This document shows positions 1 to 9,428 of a DNA stretch of 38,664 bases, piece by piece. Positions within the stretch are counted from its first letter, which is position 1, and the number at the start of each line of letters is the position of its first letter. The translations under genes were made by a program, and so were the position numbers. This DNA comes from Actinomycetes bacterium. Its GTDB lineage: Bacteria; Actinomycetota; Acidimicrobiia; Acidimicrobiales; Bog-793. The notes beneath the pieces are model-generated. The model was not told where the DNA came from. It saw only the letters and a program-made list of their open reading frames with translations, and searched no databases. Location: assembly GCA_021846125.1 (NCBI GenBank), contig JAJZCK010000003.1, positions 1 to 38,664 of the forward strand, in the 5' to 3' direction.

Positions 1-260
1 CCTCGTTGCCACGGGAACGAACGTCAAGACCGCGCAACGGCGTCTCGGGCACTCCTCTGCCTCAGTCACCCTCGACATCTACGCCCGGTCGACAAAGGCT
101 GCCGACCGGGAGGCTGCCGAACGGGTCGGGGCGTACCTTCGCCCGTCACTCGCGCACGCTGGACATCTAGTGGGATCGATGCTGGCCCGGCAACCGGCCC
201 TGACCTGCGCATTTGCCGTGGGCGCTGAGGGACTCGAACCCCCGACCTCAGCCGTGTGAA
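1..260. mobile_element. Probable boundary (att site) of an integrative element or prophage inserted at the tRNA-Val 3' end; the element lies left of the window
   Basis: An integrase gene abuts the tRNA 3' end, the classic layout of tRNA-targeting islands. The partner att repeat is not in the window. Confidence 0.65.
2..259 (+). CDS. Tyrosine recombinase/integrase, C-terminal fragment (5' end outside window)
   Basis: Frame 2 translates to LVATGTNVKTAQRRLGHSSASVTLDIYARSTKAADREAAERVG..., containing the LGH-x9-Y box II motif with the catalytic Tyr. The frame stays open to TGA at 257-259. It is absent from the ORF track because its start is outside the window. Confidence 0.85.
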   Translation, partial: LVATGTNVKTAQRRLGHSSASVTLDIYARSTKAADREAAERVGAYLRPSLAHAGHLVGSMLARQPALTCAFAVGAEGLEPPTSAV

Positions 261-292
261 GGCTGCGCTCTAACCACCTGAGCCAAGCGCCC
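219..292 (-). tRNA. tRNA-Val(CAC)
   Basis: The reverse complement folds as a cloverleaf: acceptor GGGCGCT/AGCGCCC plus A discriminator, D-arm GCTC/GAGC, anticodon arm CAGCC-TTCACAC-GGCTG, T-arm GGGGG-TTCGAGT-CCCTC. No encoded CCA. Confidence 0.96.
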
Positions 293-466
293 GTGCAACG
301 CCTCCGGGCACACCGTTTGTCACGTCGACCTGCGATGCGGCATGCACCGCCGCAGGCCAGCTCACGACACCGGTGTCCTTCCGGAGCCCCTCATGCTAGG
401 CGACGCGCGCCATGCGCGCCGGCGAGCCCCTGTAACGAGCATCTCGAGCGCCCTGACGAGTGCGAG

Positions 467-1927
467 TCAGCCGCGTGCGGCGAGGGCCGACCCGGCTTCG
501 GGGGACAGCACAGCCGCCTCGGCAGCTGCCGCGAATGCCACGATGGCGAGCAAGCCGAAGGCCACCACGAATGGTGATCGAGCCGAGCTCGCCACACCGA
601 CGACCCTGTCGGCCCACCCACCGACGTGCAGCGCGAGCGCCCCTACGGTCACCCCTATCCCCATAGTCAGCTGCTGGATCGTGCTCGAGAGCGTGTTGGC
701 GTTTCCCATGCCTTCGAGCGGTACGTCGGCGAAGACGACCGTGTTGTAGGCGGTGAAACCAGTGGATCGGAAGACCCCGCTCACGACGAGGACCAGCACG
801 ACGAGCGCGAGAGGGGTCCCTTCCGTGAAGGCCGCACAGAGGGCGAGGGTGGCGCCGGCCGCCCCTGCCGAGATCACGAGCACTCGCTTGAAGCCGAGCC
901 ACCGCAAGAGCGGAGTAGTGAACGGCTTGACGGCGATGTTGCCGGCGAACACCGCCACCACGAGCGCTCCCGACTTGAGCGGGCTCCAGCCGAAGCCGTC
1001 CTGGAACTGCAGCGGCAATAGGAACGGTGCCGCCCCTACCGCCATCCGGAACAGCGACCCACCGGCGCTCGCCGCCCGGAACGTCGGGATCCGCAGGATG
1101 TCGAGGTCGATCAGTGGATGCTCGCTCCGGCGGAAATGCACGACGGCTCGCCACACGAGGAGCACCCCGACGCCGACGCACGCTCCGACCACCGTCCACG
1201 AGGAGTTGCCGTCGTCCACGAGCTCGAGACCGTAGACGCACGCGCCCAGCCCGGCCCCTGCCAGCACGAACCCGCGCCAGTCGAGGCGGGCAGGCCCGCT
1301 GGGCCTCACGTCGGGCACGATCCGCGACGCGACGAGCAGCGCGACGAGACCGAGCGGGAGGTTGACGACGAAGATCCAGCGCCAGGAGGCATAGGTCACG
1401 AGCACTCCACCGAGTGCCGGCGCGACCACCGGGGCGACGAGCGCGGGCCATGTCAGGTACGCGATGACGCGAATGATGTCCGCCTTGCGCGCGACCCTCA
1501 GCACGACCAGTCGACCGACAGGCACCATCATGGCTCCGCCAATACCCTGGAGCAGGCGCGTCGCCGTCAGCTCCGCGAGGCTCGTGCTCAGCGCGCACAG
1601 GGCCGACGCCAACGTGAACACGGTGATCGCTCCCGAGAGCACCTTCCGCGCGCCGAAGCGGTCTGCCAGCCACCCACTGACGGGGATGAAGACGCCGAGA
1701 GCGAGCAGGTAGGCCGCTATCACGACGTTGAGCTCGCCAGATGGCACGTGGAACGACTGGGCCATGCGTGGCGCAGCAGTAGCGATGATCGTGCCGTCGA
1801 GGTTCTCCATGAAGAACGCTCCTGCGACCAGAAGCGCGAGACCGCTCCAGGCGGGGCGTCTCCGACTTCCCCTCGACTCCGCGCTCTCGAGGCCCTCGGC
1901 GCAGGAGCCCGTCCCCGTGTGAGGCAT
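467..1927 (-). CDS. MFS transporter, DHA2 (EmrB/QacA-like) family
   Basis: FFMENLDGTIIATAAP in TM1, motif A GWLADRFGARK, RLLQGIGGA, PALGG and WRWIF, with many hydrophobic helices. Start is uncertain (ATG at 1927 chosen). Confidence 0.9.
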   Translation of the reverse strand: MPHTGTGSCAEGLESAESRGSRRRPAWSGLALLVAGAFFMENLDGTIIATAAPRMAQSFHVPSGELNVVIAAYLLALGVFIPVSGWLADRFGARKVLSGAITVFTLASALCALSTSLAELTATRLLQGIGGAMMVPVGRLVVLRVARKADIIRVIAYLTWPALVAPVVAPALGGVLVTYASWRWIFVVNLPLGLVALLVASRIVPDVRPSGPARLDWRGFVLAGAGLGACVYGLELVDDGNSSWTVVGACVGVGVLLVWRAVVHFRRSEHPLIDLDILRIPTFRAASAGGSLFRMAVGAAPFLLPLQFQDGFGWSPLKSGALVVAVFAGNIAVKPFTTPLLRWLGFKRVLVISAGAAGATLALCAAFTEGTPLALVVLVLVVSGVFRSTGFTAYNTVVFADVPLEGMGNANTLSSTIQQLTMGIGVTVGALALHVGGWADRVVGVASSARSPFVVAFGLLAIVAFAAAAEAAVLSPEAGSALAARG

Positions 1928-2014
1928 GGTCCCGTCTAGCACACGAGCACGAACGGGGCGTATGTGACTTTTGACCCTGGACCCCAGATCCTCGCGCTCC
2001 TAGCGTCGTCTGTG

Positions 2015-3334
2015 ATGCCGAAGTTGCTGGTCACGGTCGGTTCCCCGGAGGTCGCGCGGCCTCGGGGCCACGAGGGGAGGACAGCGACCGGGACGCGTCG
2101 GTCCGGGGCGAGCCCGGCGAGCCCGGACTGCGCAGGACCGGACTGCGCAGGACCGGATTGCGCAAGCCAGCTGGACGGCACGGGTGGAGCGACACCAGCG
2201 TCAGGCACGCGGAGATCGGTCACCATCGTCGGGACCTATCCGCCGACGATGTGCGGTCTCGCCACGTTCACCGGCAACGTGCGCGACGCGCTCAAGGCAT
2301 CCAACGCGGACTGGGACGTACGCGTCGTCCGCGTGCTCGACCACCCGGAGCCGGTACCGGCCGCGGAAGTGGTCGCGCAATGGGTCCCGGGAGATCGGAC
2401 GTCGCTCGATCGCGCCCGCGATGCACTCGCGTCGTCCGACATCGTGGTCGTCCAGCACGAGTACGGACTGTTCGGCCCCGACGACGGTATCGCCGTGCTG
2501 GACCTCGTCGACGAGATGCGGCCCCCACTGGTGGTCGTCCTGCACACGGCGCTGCTCGAGCCGAGCCCTCGTCAGCGTCGGATCCTCGACCACCTGATTG
2601 GTGCCGCGGCGGCCGTGATCGTCCAGAGCGATGCGGCGCGCCGGCACCTCGCAGCGATCTACGGCAGCGAGCTCTCGAGGGTGGTCGTCGTGCCACACGG
2701 TGCCGCCGAGAACTTCGCCGGTCCGGTGCTCGAGGACGTGCCCCATCCTGCAGTGCTCAGCTGGGGTCTGCTGAGCCCGGGCAAGGGGATCGAGCACGGC
2801 ATCGCAGCCGTCGCCAGGCTCGGCCGGCGACGGCCGCCTCCGACCTTCGTCGTGGCGGGGCAGACCCACCCGAAGGTCCTCGCAGCGCACGGCGAGGTCT
2901 ATCGCGACAGCCTCGTCCGCCTCGCCCGTGACCTCGGAGCCGCTGACCGGGTGCGCTTCGACGACAGCTACCGGGACTGGACATCGCTCCGCGCGCTCGT
3001 GCGGAGCGCCGATGTCGTCCTGCTCGCGTACGACTCGCGCGAGCAGGTCAGCTCGGGCGTGCTCGCCGAGGCGCTCGCCTCCGGGAAGCCGGTCGTCGCA
3101 ACCCGCTTTCCCCATGCCGTCGAGCTGTTGGGCGGCGGGGCGGGCATCCTCGTCGACCAGGGGGACGTCGTCGGGATGAGCGAGGCGATCGACCGGGTCC
3201 TCTACCAACCGGCCGTGGCACGTGCCATGGCCACGGCCGCCCGGCGCGCCGCCATACCCTTGCTCTGGCCTGCAGTCGGGCTCCGCTACCGCACGGTCCT
3301 CGAAGGAGCTCTGGCCGCTCGCGCCATCACGTGA
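2015..3334 (+). CDS. Glycosyltransferase family 4 (mannosyltransferase-like subfamily)
   Basis: GTYPPTMCGLATF, VQHEYGLFG, VVPHG, WGLLSPGKGIE, GQTHP, SSGVLAEALASGKPVVAT. The domain starts near 2215; the true start is uncertain. Confidence 0.85.
   Translation: MPKLLVTVGSPEVARPRGHEGRTATGTRRSGASPASPDCAGPDCAGPDCASQLDGTGGATPASGTRRSVTIVGTYPPTMCGLATFTGNVRDALKASNADWDVRVVRVLDHPEPVPAAEVVAQWVPGDRTSLDRARDALASSDIVVVQHEYGLFGPDDGIAVLDLVDEMRPPLVVVLHTALLEPSPRQRRILDHLIGAAAAVIVQSDAARRHLAAIYGSELSRVVVVPHGAAENFAGPVLEDVPHPAVLSWGLLSPGKGIEHGIAAVARLGRRRPPPTFVVAGQTHPKVLAAHGEVYRDSLVRLARDLGAADRVRFDDSYRDWTSLRALVRSADVVLLAYDSREQVSSGVLAEALASGKPVVATRFPHAVELLGGGAGILVDQGDVVGMSEAIDRVLYQPAVARAMATAARRAAIPLLWPAVGLRYRTVLEGALAARAIT
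2123..2167 (+). repeat. 15-bp tandem repeat CCGGACTGCGCAGGA x3 (encodes PDCAG if translated)
   Basis: Read directly; the third copy is degenerate. Confidence 0.85.
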
Positions 3335-3409
3335 CCGGGGATGGCGGCGCCCGCCCTTGCCCCGGAGCCTCCCGGCCAACGGTGCCCCCGACGATCTTCA
3401 GACGACGGC

Positions 3410-4429
3410 CTAGATGGCGACGAGCACCTTGACGTGCTCCCCCGAGGCGGAGAGCGCGAAGGCCTCGGCGACGAGATCCATGGGACGGGTCGCCGTGACG
3501 ATGTCCGCGGCCCGCACGGCGCCGCGGCGCAGGAGGTCGATCGACTCGGCGAAGTCCTCGGGCAGGTAGGTCGCGCTCCCCTGGATCCGGATCTGGTGGT
3601 CCTGGACCAGCGGGAGGGGGACGGTCACCGCCCGGGCCGGCACGCCGACGATGACCACGGTCCCACCCTTGTCGGCCATCGCGATCGCCTCGCTCACGGT
3701 GCTCTCGACGGCCACGCAGTCGAAGACGACGTCCGCGCTCTCGCCGAGGGCAGCTCGGACCTCGCCGACGACGTCCGGGGCCATGGCGTCCACCGAGGCG
3801 TCGGCCCCCAGCGCGACGGCCCGGGCGCGCTTCGACCCGACGACGTCGGTCACGACGATCCGCGCTGCACCGTGCGCTAGGCAGACCGCGAGGACGAGCA
3901 GGCCGATCGTCCCCGCTCCGAGGATCGCGACTGTCCTGCCGGTGACGTCGCCCGCGGTCCGGACCGCATGCACAGGCGTCGCAAGAGGCTCGATCAGGAC
4001 AGCGGTGCGGTCGTCGATGTCGTCAGGCACGACGTGCAAGCGGTCGGCGGGCAGGGTGAAGTAGGTGGCCATGCCGCCCTGGCCGTACCCACACCCGAAG
4101 AACTGGAGCCCCTCGCAGAGGTTCTGCCTGCCCGACGTGCACATCTTGCAGTGCCAGCACGGCAGGTCCGGCTCCACCGTCACCCGCTGTCCGGGCCGAA
4201 TGCCCTCGACCGAGGCGTCGACCGACTCGACGACGCCGACCACCTCGTGACCGGGGAAGTACGGAGGCGGGACGAAGGGGTGGGTGCCGTGCGCGGCATG
4301 GGTGTCGGACCCGCAGACGCCGACGACGACGCTTTTCACGAGCACCTCGCCCGCCCGCGGGACGGGCACGTCTGCGGCCTCCACGTCGATCCGGTCACGG
4401 CGCACGACGACCCGTCGCATGGTTGTCAT
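3410..4429 (-). CDS. Zn-dependent alcohol dehydrogenase (sorbitol/L-idonate/L-gulonate dehydrogenase-like, MDR family)
   Basis: GVCGSDTH, GHE, structural-Zn CWHCKMC..NLC, EPLA, GAGTIG; RBS GGAGGAG upstream. Confidence 0.9.
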   Translation of the reverse strand: MTTMRRVVVRRDRIDVEAADVPVPRAGEVLVKSVVVGVCGSDTHAAHGTHPFVPPPYFPGHEVVGVVESVDASVEGIRPGQRVTVEPDLPCWHCKMCTSGRQNLCEGLQFFGCGYGQGGMATYFTLPADRLHVVPDDIDDRTAVLIEPLATPVHAVRTAGDVTGRTVAILGAGTIGLLVLAVCLAHGAARIVVTDVVGSKRARAVALGADASVDAMAPDVVGEVRAALGESADVVFDCVAVESTVSEAIAMADKGGTVVIVGVPARAVTVPLPLVQDHQIRIQGSATYLPEDFAESIDLLRRGAVRAADIVTATRPMDLVAEAFALSASGEHVKVLVAI

Positions 4430-4488
4430 CTCTGCTCCTCCTGTGTTCGATGGTCGATGGGGTCCAGAGACACCTGACGCCGCACGGG

Positions 4489-5988
4489 TCAGCTCGTCCC
4501 CGGACGATCTGCGATCTGGTCGAGCTGCTCGAGAGTCCCGCGTACCCCTCGCTCGTAGATCGAGCCGAGGATCGACTCGTAGAGACCCGTGAACCTCGGA
4601 GAGTCGGCGAGGTCGCCGAACATCTCACGATTGGCGTCGAGAAATGCGAGCGGCTCGTGGCGCTGTCTACGGGCGGCCGCCATGAGCCTCCCCCTGATCC
4701 GATCTTCGACGTCGATCGGCTCGCCCCCTTCGTCCACTCCGTCGGCATAGCGAGCCCAGCTTGCCACCACCGCGGTCGCTCGCGTGACGGGCCCGCCAAC
4801 GCCGATCTGGTGCCGGATGACCGGAAGGAGGAACTTGGGTATGCGGTCGGAGGTGTCCCTGCACAGCCGAGCAACGGTGTCGCAGACGGCCGCGTTCGAA
4901 AAGCGCTCGATGAGGCTCCGCGCGTAGCTGTCGAGATCGATGCCTGGTACGGGGCGAAGGGTCGGAATGGCCTCGCCTGTCATATAGTCCCAGAGAAACT
5001 TGGCAAACAACGGGTCCTGGGCCACCTCGTGGACGAGGCGATGACCGGCGAGATATCCCGCGTAGCAAAGTGCCTGGTGGCCAGCGTTCAACATTCTTAG
5101 CTTCATCAGCTCGTAGGGCTCGACGTCGGGGACCAGGTGCACGCCGGCATCCTCGAATGGCGGGCGACCGTCGCCGAAGCTGTCCTCGAGGACCCACTGG
5201 CTGAACGGTTCGCACAGCACGGGCCACCGGTCGTCGACGCCGAAGCGCCTGCTTACCTCGAGGCGGTCAGCGTCGGTCGTCTGCGGTGTGATCCGATCCA
5301 CCATGGAGCTCGGGAAGCGCACTTCGTCGGCAACCCAGCTACCGAGCTCCCGGTCACGCAGGTGTGCGAAGCTCGCAAAGGCCGCGCGGGCAACGGCACC
5401 GTTGGCCTGGATGTTGTCGCACGACACGACGGTGAACGCTGGGACTCTCCGCTCACGTCGTCGCGCGAGCGCCTCGACGACCACGCCGAAGACCGTCGAC
5501 GGGGCCGTCGCATGTGCAAGGTCCCCCAGCACCTCAGGATTGGTCTCGTCGAAGGAGTCGGTAGACGGGTCGATGTTGTACCCGCCCTCGGTGATCGTGA
5601 GCGACACGATCCGGATCGCCGGCGACGCGAGCCTTTCCACAAGTCGCTGAGGGTCGTCAGCGAGGAGCAGGTAGTCGACGATCGAGCCGACCACTCGAGG
5701 CTCCCATCTCCCGTCTGCGTGCTTGACCACGACGGTGTACAGGCCGTCCTGCGCGACGAGGACATCGCGCATGGCACGCCCGGAGCCCAGCACGCTCGCC
5801 CCGCAGACTCCCCAGTCCATGGCCGATCCTCGGTTCATCAGTTGGTCCAGGTACACGGCTTCGTGGGAGCGGTGGAACCCGCCTACGCCGATGTGCACGA
5901 TCCCGGCGCTCACCGCGGAGCGGTCGAAGCTCGGGACGGCCACGCGAGAGCCCAAGAGCGTCAATGTCCGAGCATTCAAAGCCAGCAT
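4489..5988 (-). CDS. Mannitol dehydrogenase family protein (mannitol 2-dehydrogenase / fructuronate reductase-like)
   Basis: HIGVGGFHRSH, SLTITEGGY, SCDN, MVDRITP, EPFSQWVLED, KLRMLNAGH; GGAGAG RBS precedes the ATG at 5988. Confidence 0.92.
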   Translation of the reverse strand: MLALNARTLTLLGSRVAVPSFDRSAVSAGIVHIGVGGFHRSHEAVYLDQLMNRGSAMDWGVCGASVLGSGRAMRDVLVAQDGLYTVVVKHADGRWEPRVVGSIVDYLLLADDPQRLVERLASPAIRIVSLTITEGGYNIDPSTDSFDETNPEVLGDLAHATAPSTVFGVVVEALARRRERRVPAFTVVSCDNIQANGAVARAAFASFAHLRDRELGSWVADEVRFPSSMVDRITPQTTDADRLEVSRRFGVDDRWPVLCEPFSQWVLEDSFGDGRPPFEDAGVHLVPDVEPYELMKLRMLNAGHQALCYAGYLAGHRLVHEVAQDPLFAKFLWDYMTGEAIPTLRPVPGIDLDSYARSLIERFSNAAVCDTVARLCRDTSDRIPKFLLPVIRHQIGVGGPVTRATAVVASWARYADGVDEGGEPIDVEDRIRGRLMAAARRQRHEPLAFLDANREMFGDLADSPRFTGLYESILGSIYERGVRGTLEQLDQIADRPGTS

Positions 5989-6094
5989 CTCTAGCTCTCC
6001 GGTATCTTGCCAGGAGGGTGCACGTGCCCCCTCGCGTGTGAGCGCTTCGACCACCACGACGATCCGTCGCAGGCGGCATCCCGAGCTCTCGTGC

Positions 6095-7117
6095 TCATCC
6101 GAGCGAGTCGAGGGCTCCCTGGAGGTAGCCGATCGCGTGGGCCCTGCCCCGGCTGCAGTACGAGCCGGTGCCGACACCCACCCACGTGTCCTCGTCGAAG
6201 ATCATCGCGGGCACGTGGTCGTCGATGACGAAGCCGTCGAAGCCCACGCGCGCGAGCCGGCGCATCACCTCGGCCGGCTTGTAGTTGCCTTCACCGAGAA
6301 AGCACTCGCGAAATGCAGGGACGCTCCCCTGCACGTCGCGGAAGTGCACGTAGAAGATCTGGCCCTTCGGGCCGAGAGCGTCTACCACGTCGTGGACCGC
6401 GCCCTCGCCGCCCATCTCCGAGACGGTCCCGAGGCACAGGTCGAGACCCCACACGGGGCTGCCGCCGGCCATGTCCATCGCGCGGACGAGGGACTCCGGG
6501 GAGACGAAGATCCGCTCTGCGCCCCCGAGGGGCACGCCCACGGGCGGGTCGTCGGGATGGAGCGCGAGCCGCAGGCCCACCTCCTCCGCGACGGGCAGCA
6601 CCGCGTCGAGGAAGTACCCGTAGTTCGCCCAGAGCTGCTCGGCGGTGACGGGCTCCGTGAGGCTCTCGTCGGGGGAGAGCTTGTAACCCCGGAGCGCGTT
6701 CCCCTCCGCCGCCCTCGCGAGGTCGAAGGCCGTCACCCGCGCACCACCGCGGCCGGCCGCGTCGACGTCGGTCCGCCAGACGTAGGTGGCTATGAAGTTG
6801 TAGCCGAGGACGGGGATCCCGGCTGCGGCCACGTTGCGCACCGTCGCCTGGAAGCCTTCGATCTGCTCGTCCCGCCGTGGACCCCCGCGCTGGATCTGGT
6901 CGAAGTGCGCGCGTGGGACGTTCTCCAGGCCCTCGAGCACGAGCCCGTAGCGCTCGACCTCCTCGCGGAGCGCCACCAGCTCGGCGAGGGACCACCGTCC
7001 GCCGTCGCCGGTGAGGTTCGACGGCGTATGGAGCTGCACCCCGGTCAGCCCCAGCTGGCGGGCGAAGGTGGCTATCGACTCGTCGAAGTGCTCGACATGG
7101 CCGAGGGCGACACGCAT
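6095..7117 (-). CDS. uxuA: Mannonate dehydratase (UxuA family)
   Basis: GYNF, LWANYGYFLDAVLPVAEE, LALHPDDPP, CLGT, HFRDV, DHVP, AIGY. The start is at MRVALG (7117), not at the 8116 start in the ORF track. Confidence 0.8.
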   Translation of the reverse strand: MRVALGHVEHFDESIATFARQLGLTGVQLHTPSNLTGDGGRWSLAELVALREEVERYGLVLEGLENVPRAHFDQIQRGGPRRDEQIEGFQATVRNVAAAGIPVLGYNFIATYVWRTDVDAAGRGGARVTAFDLARAAEGNALRGYKLSPDESLTEPVTAEQLWANYGYFLDAVLPVAEEVGLRLALHPDDPPVGVPLGGAERIFVSPESLVRAMDMAGGSPVWGLDLCLGTVSEMGGEGAVHDVVDALGPKGQIFYVHFRDVQGSVPAFRECFLGEGNYKPAEVMRRLARVGFDGFVIDDHVPAMIFDEDTWVGVGTGSYCSRGRAHAIGYLQGALDSLG

Positions 7118-7158
7118 GGAGCGGCGATCTTTCCCGGACGCGGCGGCGCGCGGATGCG

Positions 7159-7998
7159 TCACGAGGAACCCTGGCCCGGCAGGCTGACGGGGATCCCGGC
7201 GAGCAGGCCACCGTCGGCGCGGACGTCCTCGCCTGTCACGAATGACGCCTCCGGGCTCGCGAGGAAGCTGACGACTGCCGCGATCTCGTCGGGGCGGGCG
7301 AGCCTGCCGAGCGGGTGTGCGAGACCCCAGCGACGCATGAGCGCCGCCGGGTCCTCGCCCGCCGAAGCGAACAACTCCGCCGATCGGCGCAGCATCGGCG
7401 TGTCGACCGATCCAGGTGAGACGGTGTTGACGCGCACGCCGTAGGCGGCCTCGTCGAGCGCCATCGCGCGCGCGAGCGCGCCGAGCGCCCCCTTGCTCGC
7501 GGCGTAGGCGGCCACCCCCGTCTGGCACGCGTCGGCCTGCACGGAGGAGACCACCACGACCGCACCGCGCGAGCTGGCGCGCAGCAGCGGCAGGGTTGCC
7601 TTCGCCGCGACGAACACCCCGGTCAGGTTGACCCTCAGCACCTCGTCCCAGGTCTGCATCGTCGTCTCGACAACGTCGCCGTAGCGCTGTATCCCGGCAC
7701 TCGTGACGAGGATGTCGCACCCGCCGTGCTCCTCGCGCACATGGCGTGCGATACCCACCATCGCGTCGAGGTCGGCGACGTCGGCGACGGCCGAGGACGC
7801 CCGCCCGCCTGCGCTGCCGACGCGCTCCGTCGTCGTGCCGAGCCCGGCCGCGTCGCGGTCGACCACCACGACCGTCGCCCCTTCGGCACCGAGCCGCTCG
7901 GCGACCGCCGCCCCGATCCCGCTTGCGCCGCCGGTGACGAGCGCGACCGATCCGAGGTGTCGCTGCGCCACCGGGCTCCCTGCGCCTGCCGGGCTCAT
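7159..7998 (-). CDS. Short-chain dehydrogenase/reductase (SDR)
   Basis: TGGASGIG, SAG, VNLTG, SSVQ, YAASK, VRVNTVSPG, DGG. Confidence 0.92.
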   Translation of the reverse strand: MSPAGAGSPVAQRHLGSVALVTGGASGIGAAVAERLGAEGATVVVVDRDAAGLGTTTERVGSAGGRASSAVADVADLDAMVGIARHVREEHGGCDILVTSAGIQRYGDVVETTMQTWDEVLRVNLTGVFVAAKATLPLLRASSRGAVVVVSSVQADACQTGVAAYAASKGALGALARAMALDEAAYGVRVNTVSPGSVDTPMLRRSAELFASAGEDPAALMRRWGLAHPLGRLARPDEIAAVVSFLASPEASFVTGEDVRADGGLLAGIPVSLPGQGSS

Positions 7999-9428
7999 TC
8001 GAACCCGCCCGACGCCGCGGCAGCTCGCGCGACAGACGCGTCCCCGACGGGCGGGGGCGGGAGCTCGTCCACGCTCGCGAAGAGCCCCGCCGCCAGACCT
8101 GCGAGCAACGCCGCACCCCGGATGCCCGCCTCCTCGACGCGCGGGTAGGTGGGTGCCGGGAAGCAGGACCTCTTCAACGCGACGAGCACGGGGTTGCGTG
8201 ACCAGCCACCGCTGATCCGCACCTCCGCCACCGGGCCGCCGAGCGCCTCGAAGCCGTCGAGCAGCTCGCGCGCACCCGCGACAGCGGACTCGAGCGCGGC
8301 GCGCCAGGTTGCCTCGGGCGAGCCGTCGCCGAGGCGTTCGATCTCGCTCACGTCGAACCTCTCGCGCAGCGACGCGACCGGCGAGCGCGGGGCGTCACGG
8401 CGCGAGAGGTTGCCGGAGCCGAGAGCGAGCGCTCCTTGGTCGAGCGAGGTCGACCCGTGCTCGCTCACGACGCGGAGGCGGCCGAGCACCGCCGTGAGGT
8501 TGAGCCCGAGCGAGAGCCCGCCGATGACCGCGTAGTGGTCCGCAAGCACGTGCCAGCCGATCTCGAGGCCGCGGTCGAGTCCCTCCGAGAGGTCCCGGTC
8601 CGGCGACGCCGGCACGGCGCGCACGAGTGCTTCGGCGGTGCCACACGAGTCCGTCACCTGCGACGAGTCGACGGCTCCGATCCCGACGGAGCCACAGAGG
8701 TGGTCGTGGCCTGCCACGGTGACGACGGCGCCTCGCAGCCTCTCGCAGCCAGGGGGCGCCTCGTGGATCCGGCCGAACGGCGTCCCGGCCTGGCGAACGG
8801 GCGGAAAGAGCGTGGACGGAACGCTTGCCCACTCGAGCGCGTCGCTCCACCATGCGCGTCCCGCGACCGCGAGCGCGCCCGTCCGTGACGCGAGCGACGC
8901 TTCCGCGGCCTGCTCGCCGCCGAGACGGTAGGCGATCCACTCCGCGACGCTGAGAGCGCGCACCGCTCGTCGAGTCTCCACCACGTTGCGCGCGAGCCAG
9001 CGCAGGGTCGCGATGGTCGGGATCTGGGACGTCCCGAGACCTGTGCACCGGCCGATGGCATCCGTGCCTAGGTCACGCCGGTACGCCTCGTGCTCGCCGG
9101 TCGCCCGGACGTCGTGCCAGGCGATCGCGGGCCCGAGCGTGCCTCCCGCTGCGTCGAGGAGCACCACCGTCTCCGCCATGCTCGTCACCCCGAGAGCGAC
9201 GACAGACCCGCGAGGTGCGACGACCATCACCTCGCGGAGCACGTCGAGCACCGAGGCAAGCAGCGCGTCCCCGCTCGTCTCGGCGCCGGTCGCAGTGGGC
9301 CGCCAGACGGTCGGCACTGCCGCGCGGACGATCTCCCGCCCGCCGGCGTCGACGACGCCGGCCTTCGTGAGCGTCGTGCCGACGTCGACGCCGACGAGCA
9401 GGAGCCGCTCGCCGGCCTGCCCCGTCAC
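7995..9428 (-). CDS. FGGY-family carbohydrate kinase (xylulokinase-like)
   Basis: GVDVGTTLTK, IAWHD, ASRTG, GHDH, SCGTAE, SGGWSRN. The GTG at 9428 overlaps the aldolase stop (GTGA). Confidence 0.88.
   Translation of the reverse strand: MTGQAGERLLLVGVDVGTTLTKAGVVDAGGREIVRAAVPTVWRPTATGAETSGDALLASVLDVLREVMVVAPRGSVVALGVTSMAETVVLLDAAGGTLGPAIAWHDVRATGEHEAYRRDLGTDAIGRCTGLGTSQIPTIATLRWLARNVVETRRAVRALSVAEWIAYRLGGEQAAEASLASRTGALAVAGRAWWSDALEWASVPSTLFPPVRQAGTPFGRIHEAPPGCERLRGAVVTVAGHDHLCGSVGIGAVDSSQVTDSCGTAEALVRAVPASPDRDLSEGLDRGLEIGWHVLADHYAVIGGLSLGLNLTAVLGRLRVVSEHGSTSLDQGALALGSGNLSRRDAPRSPVASLRERFDVSEIERLGDGSPEATWRAALESAVAGARELLDGFEALGGPVAEVRISGGWSRNPVLVALKRSCFPAPTYPRVEEAGIRGAALLAGLAAGLFASVDELPPPPVGDASVARAAAASGGFE

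Noticed and set aside
5723-7444. Long antisense ORFs (for example 5723-7444 +, 9090-10586 +, 19546-21054 -, 27556-28761 +, 33470-34870 +)
   Set aside because: They shadow well-supported genes on the opposite strand, lack motifs, and are expected in high-GC DNA with few stop codons.
7118-8116. Apparent 673-aa protein with a long N-terminal extension on UxuA
   Set aside because: The extension is an Arg-rich off-frame reading of the SDR gene. The same artefact inflates the LacI (to 12054), permease (to 15839), membrane protein (from 17431) and acyltransferase (from 23332) ORFs.
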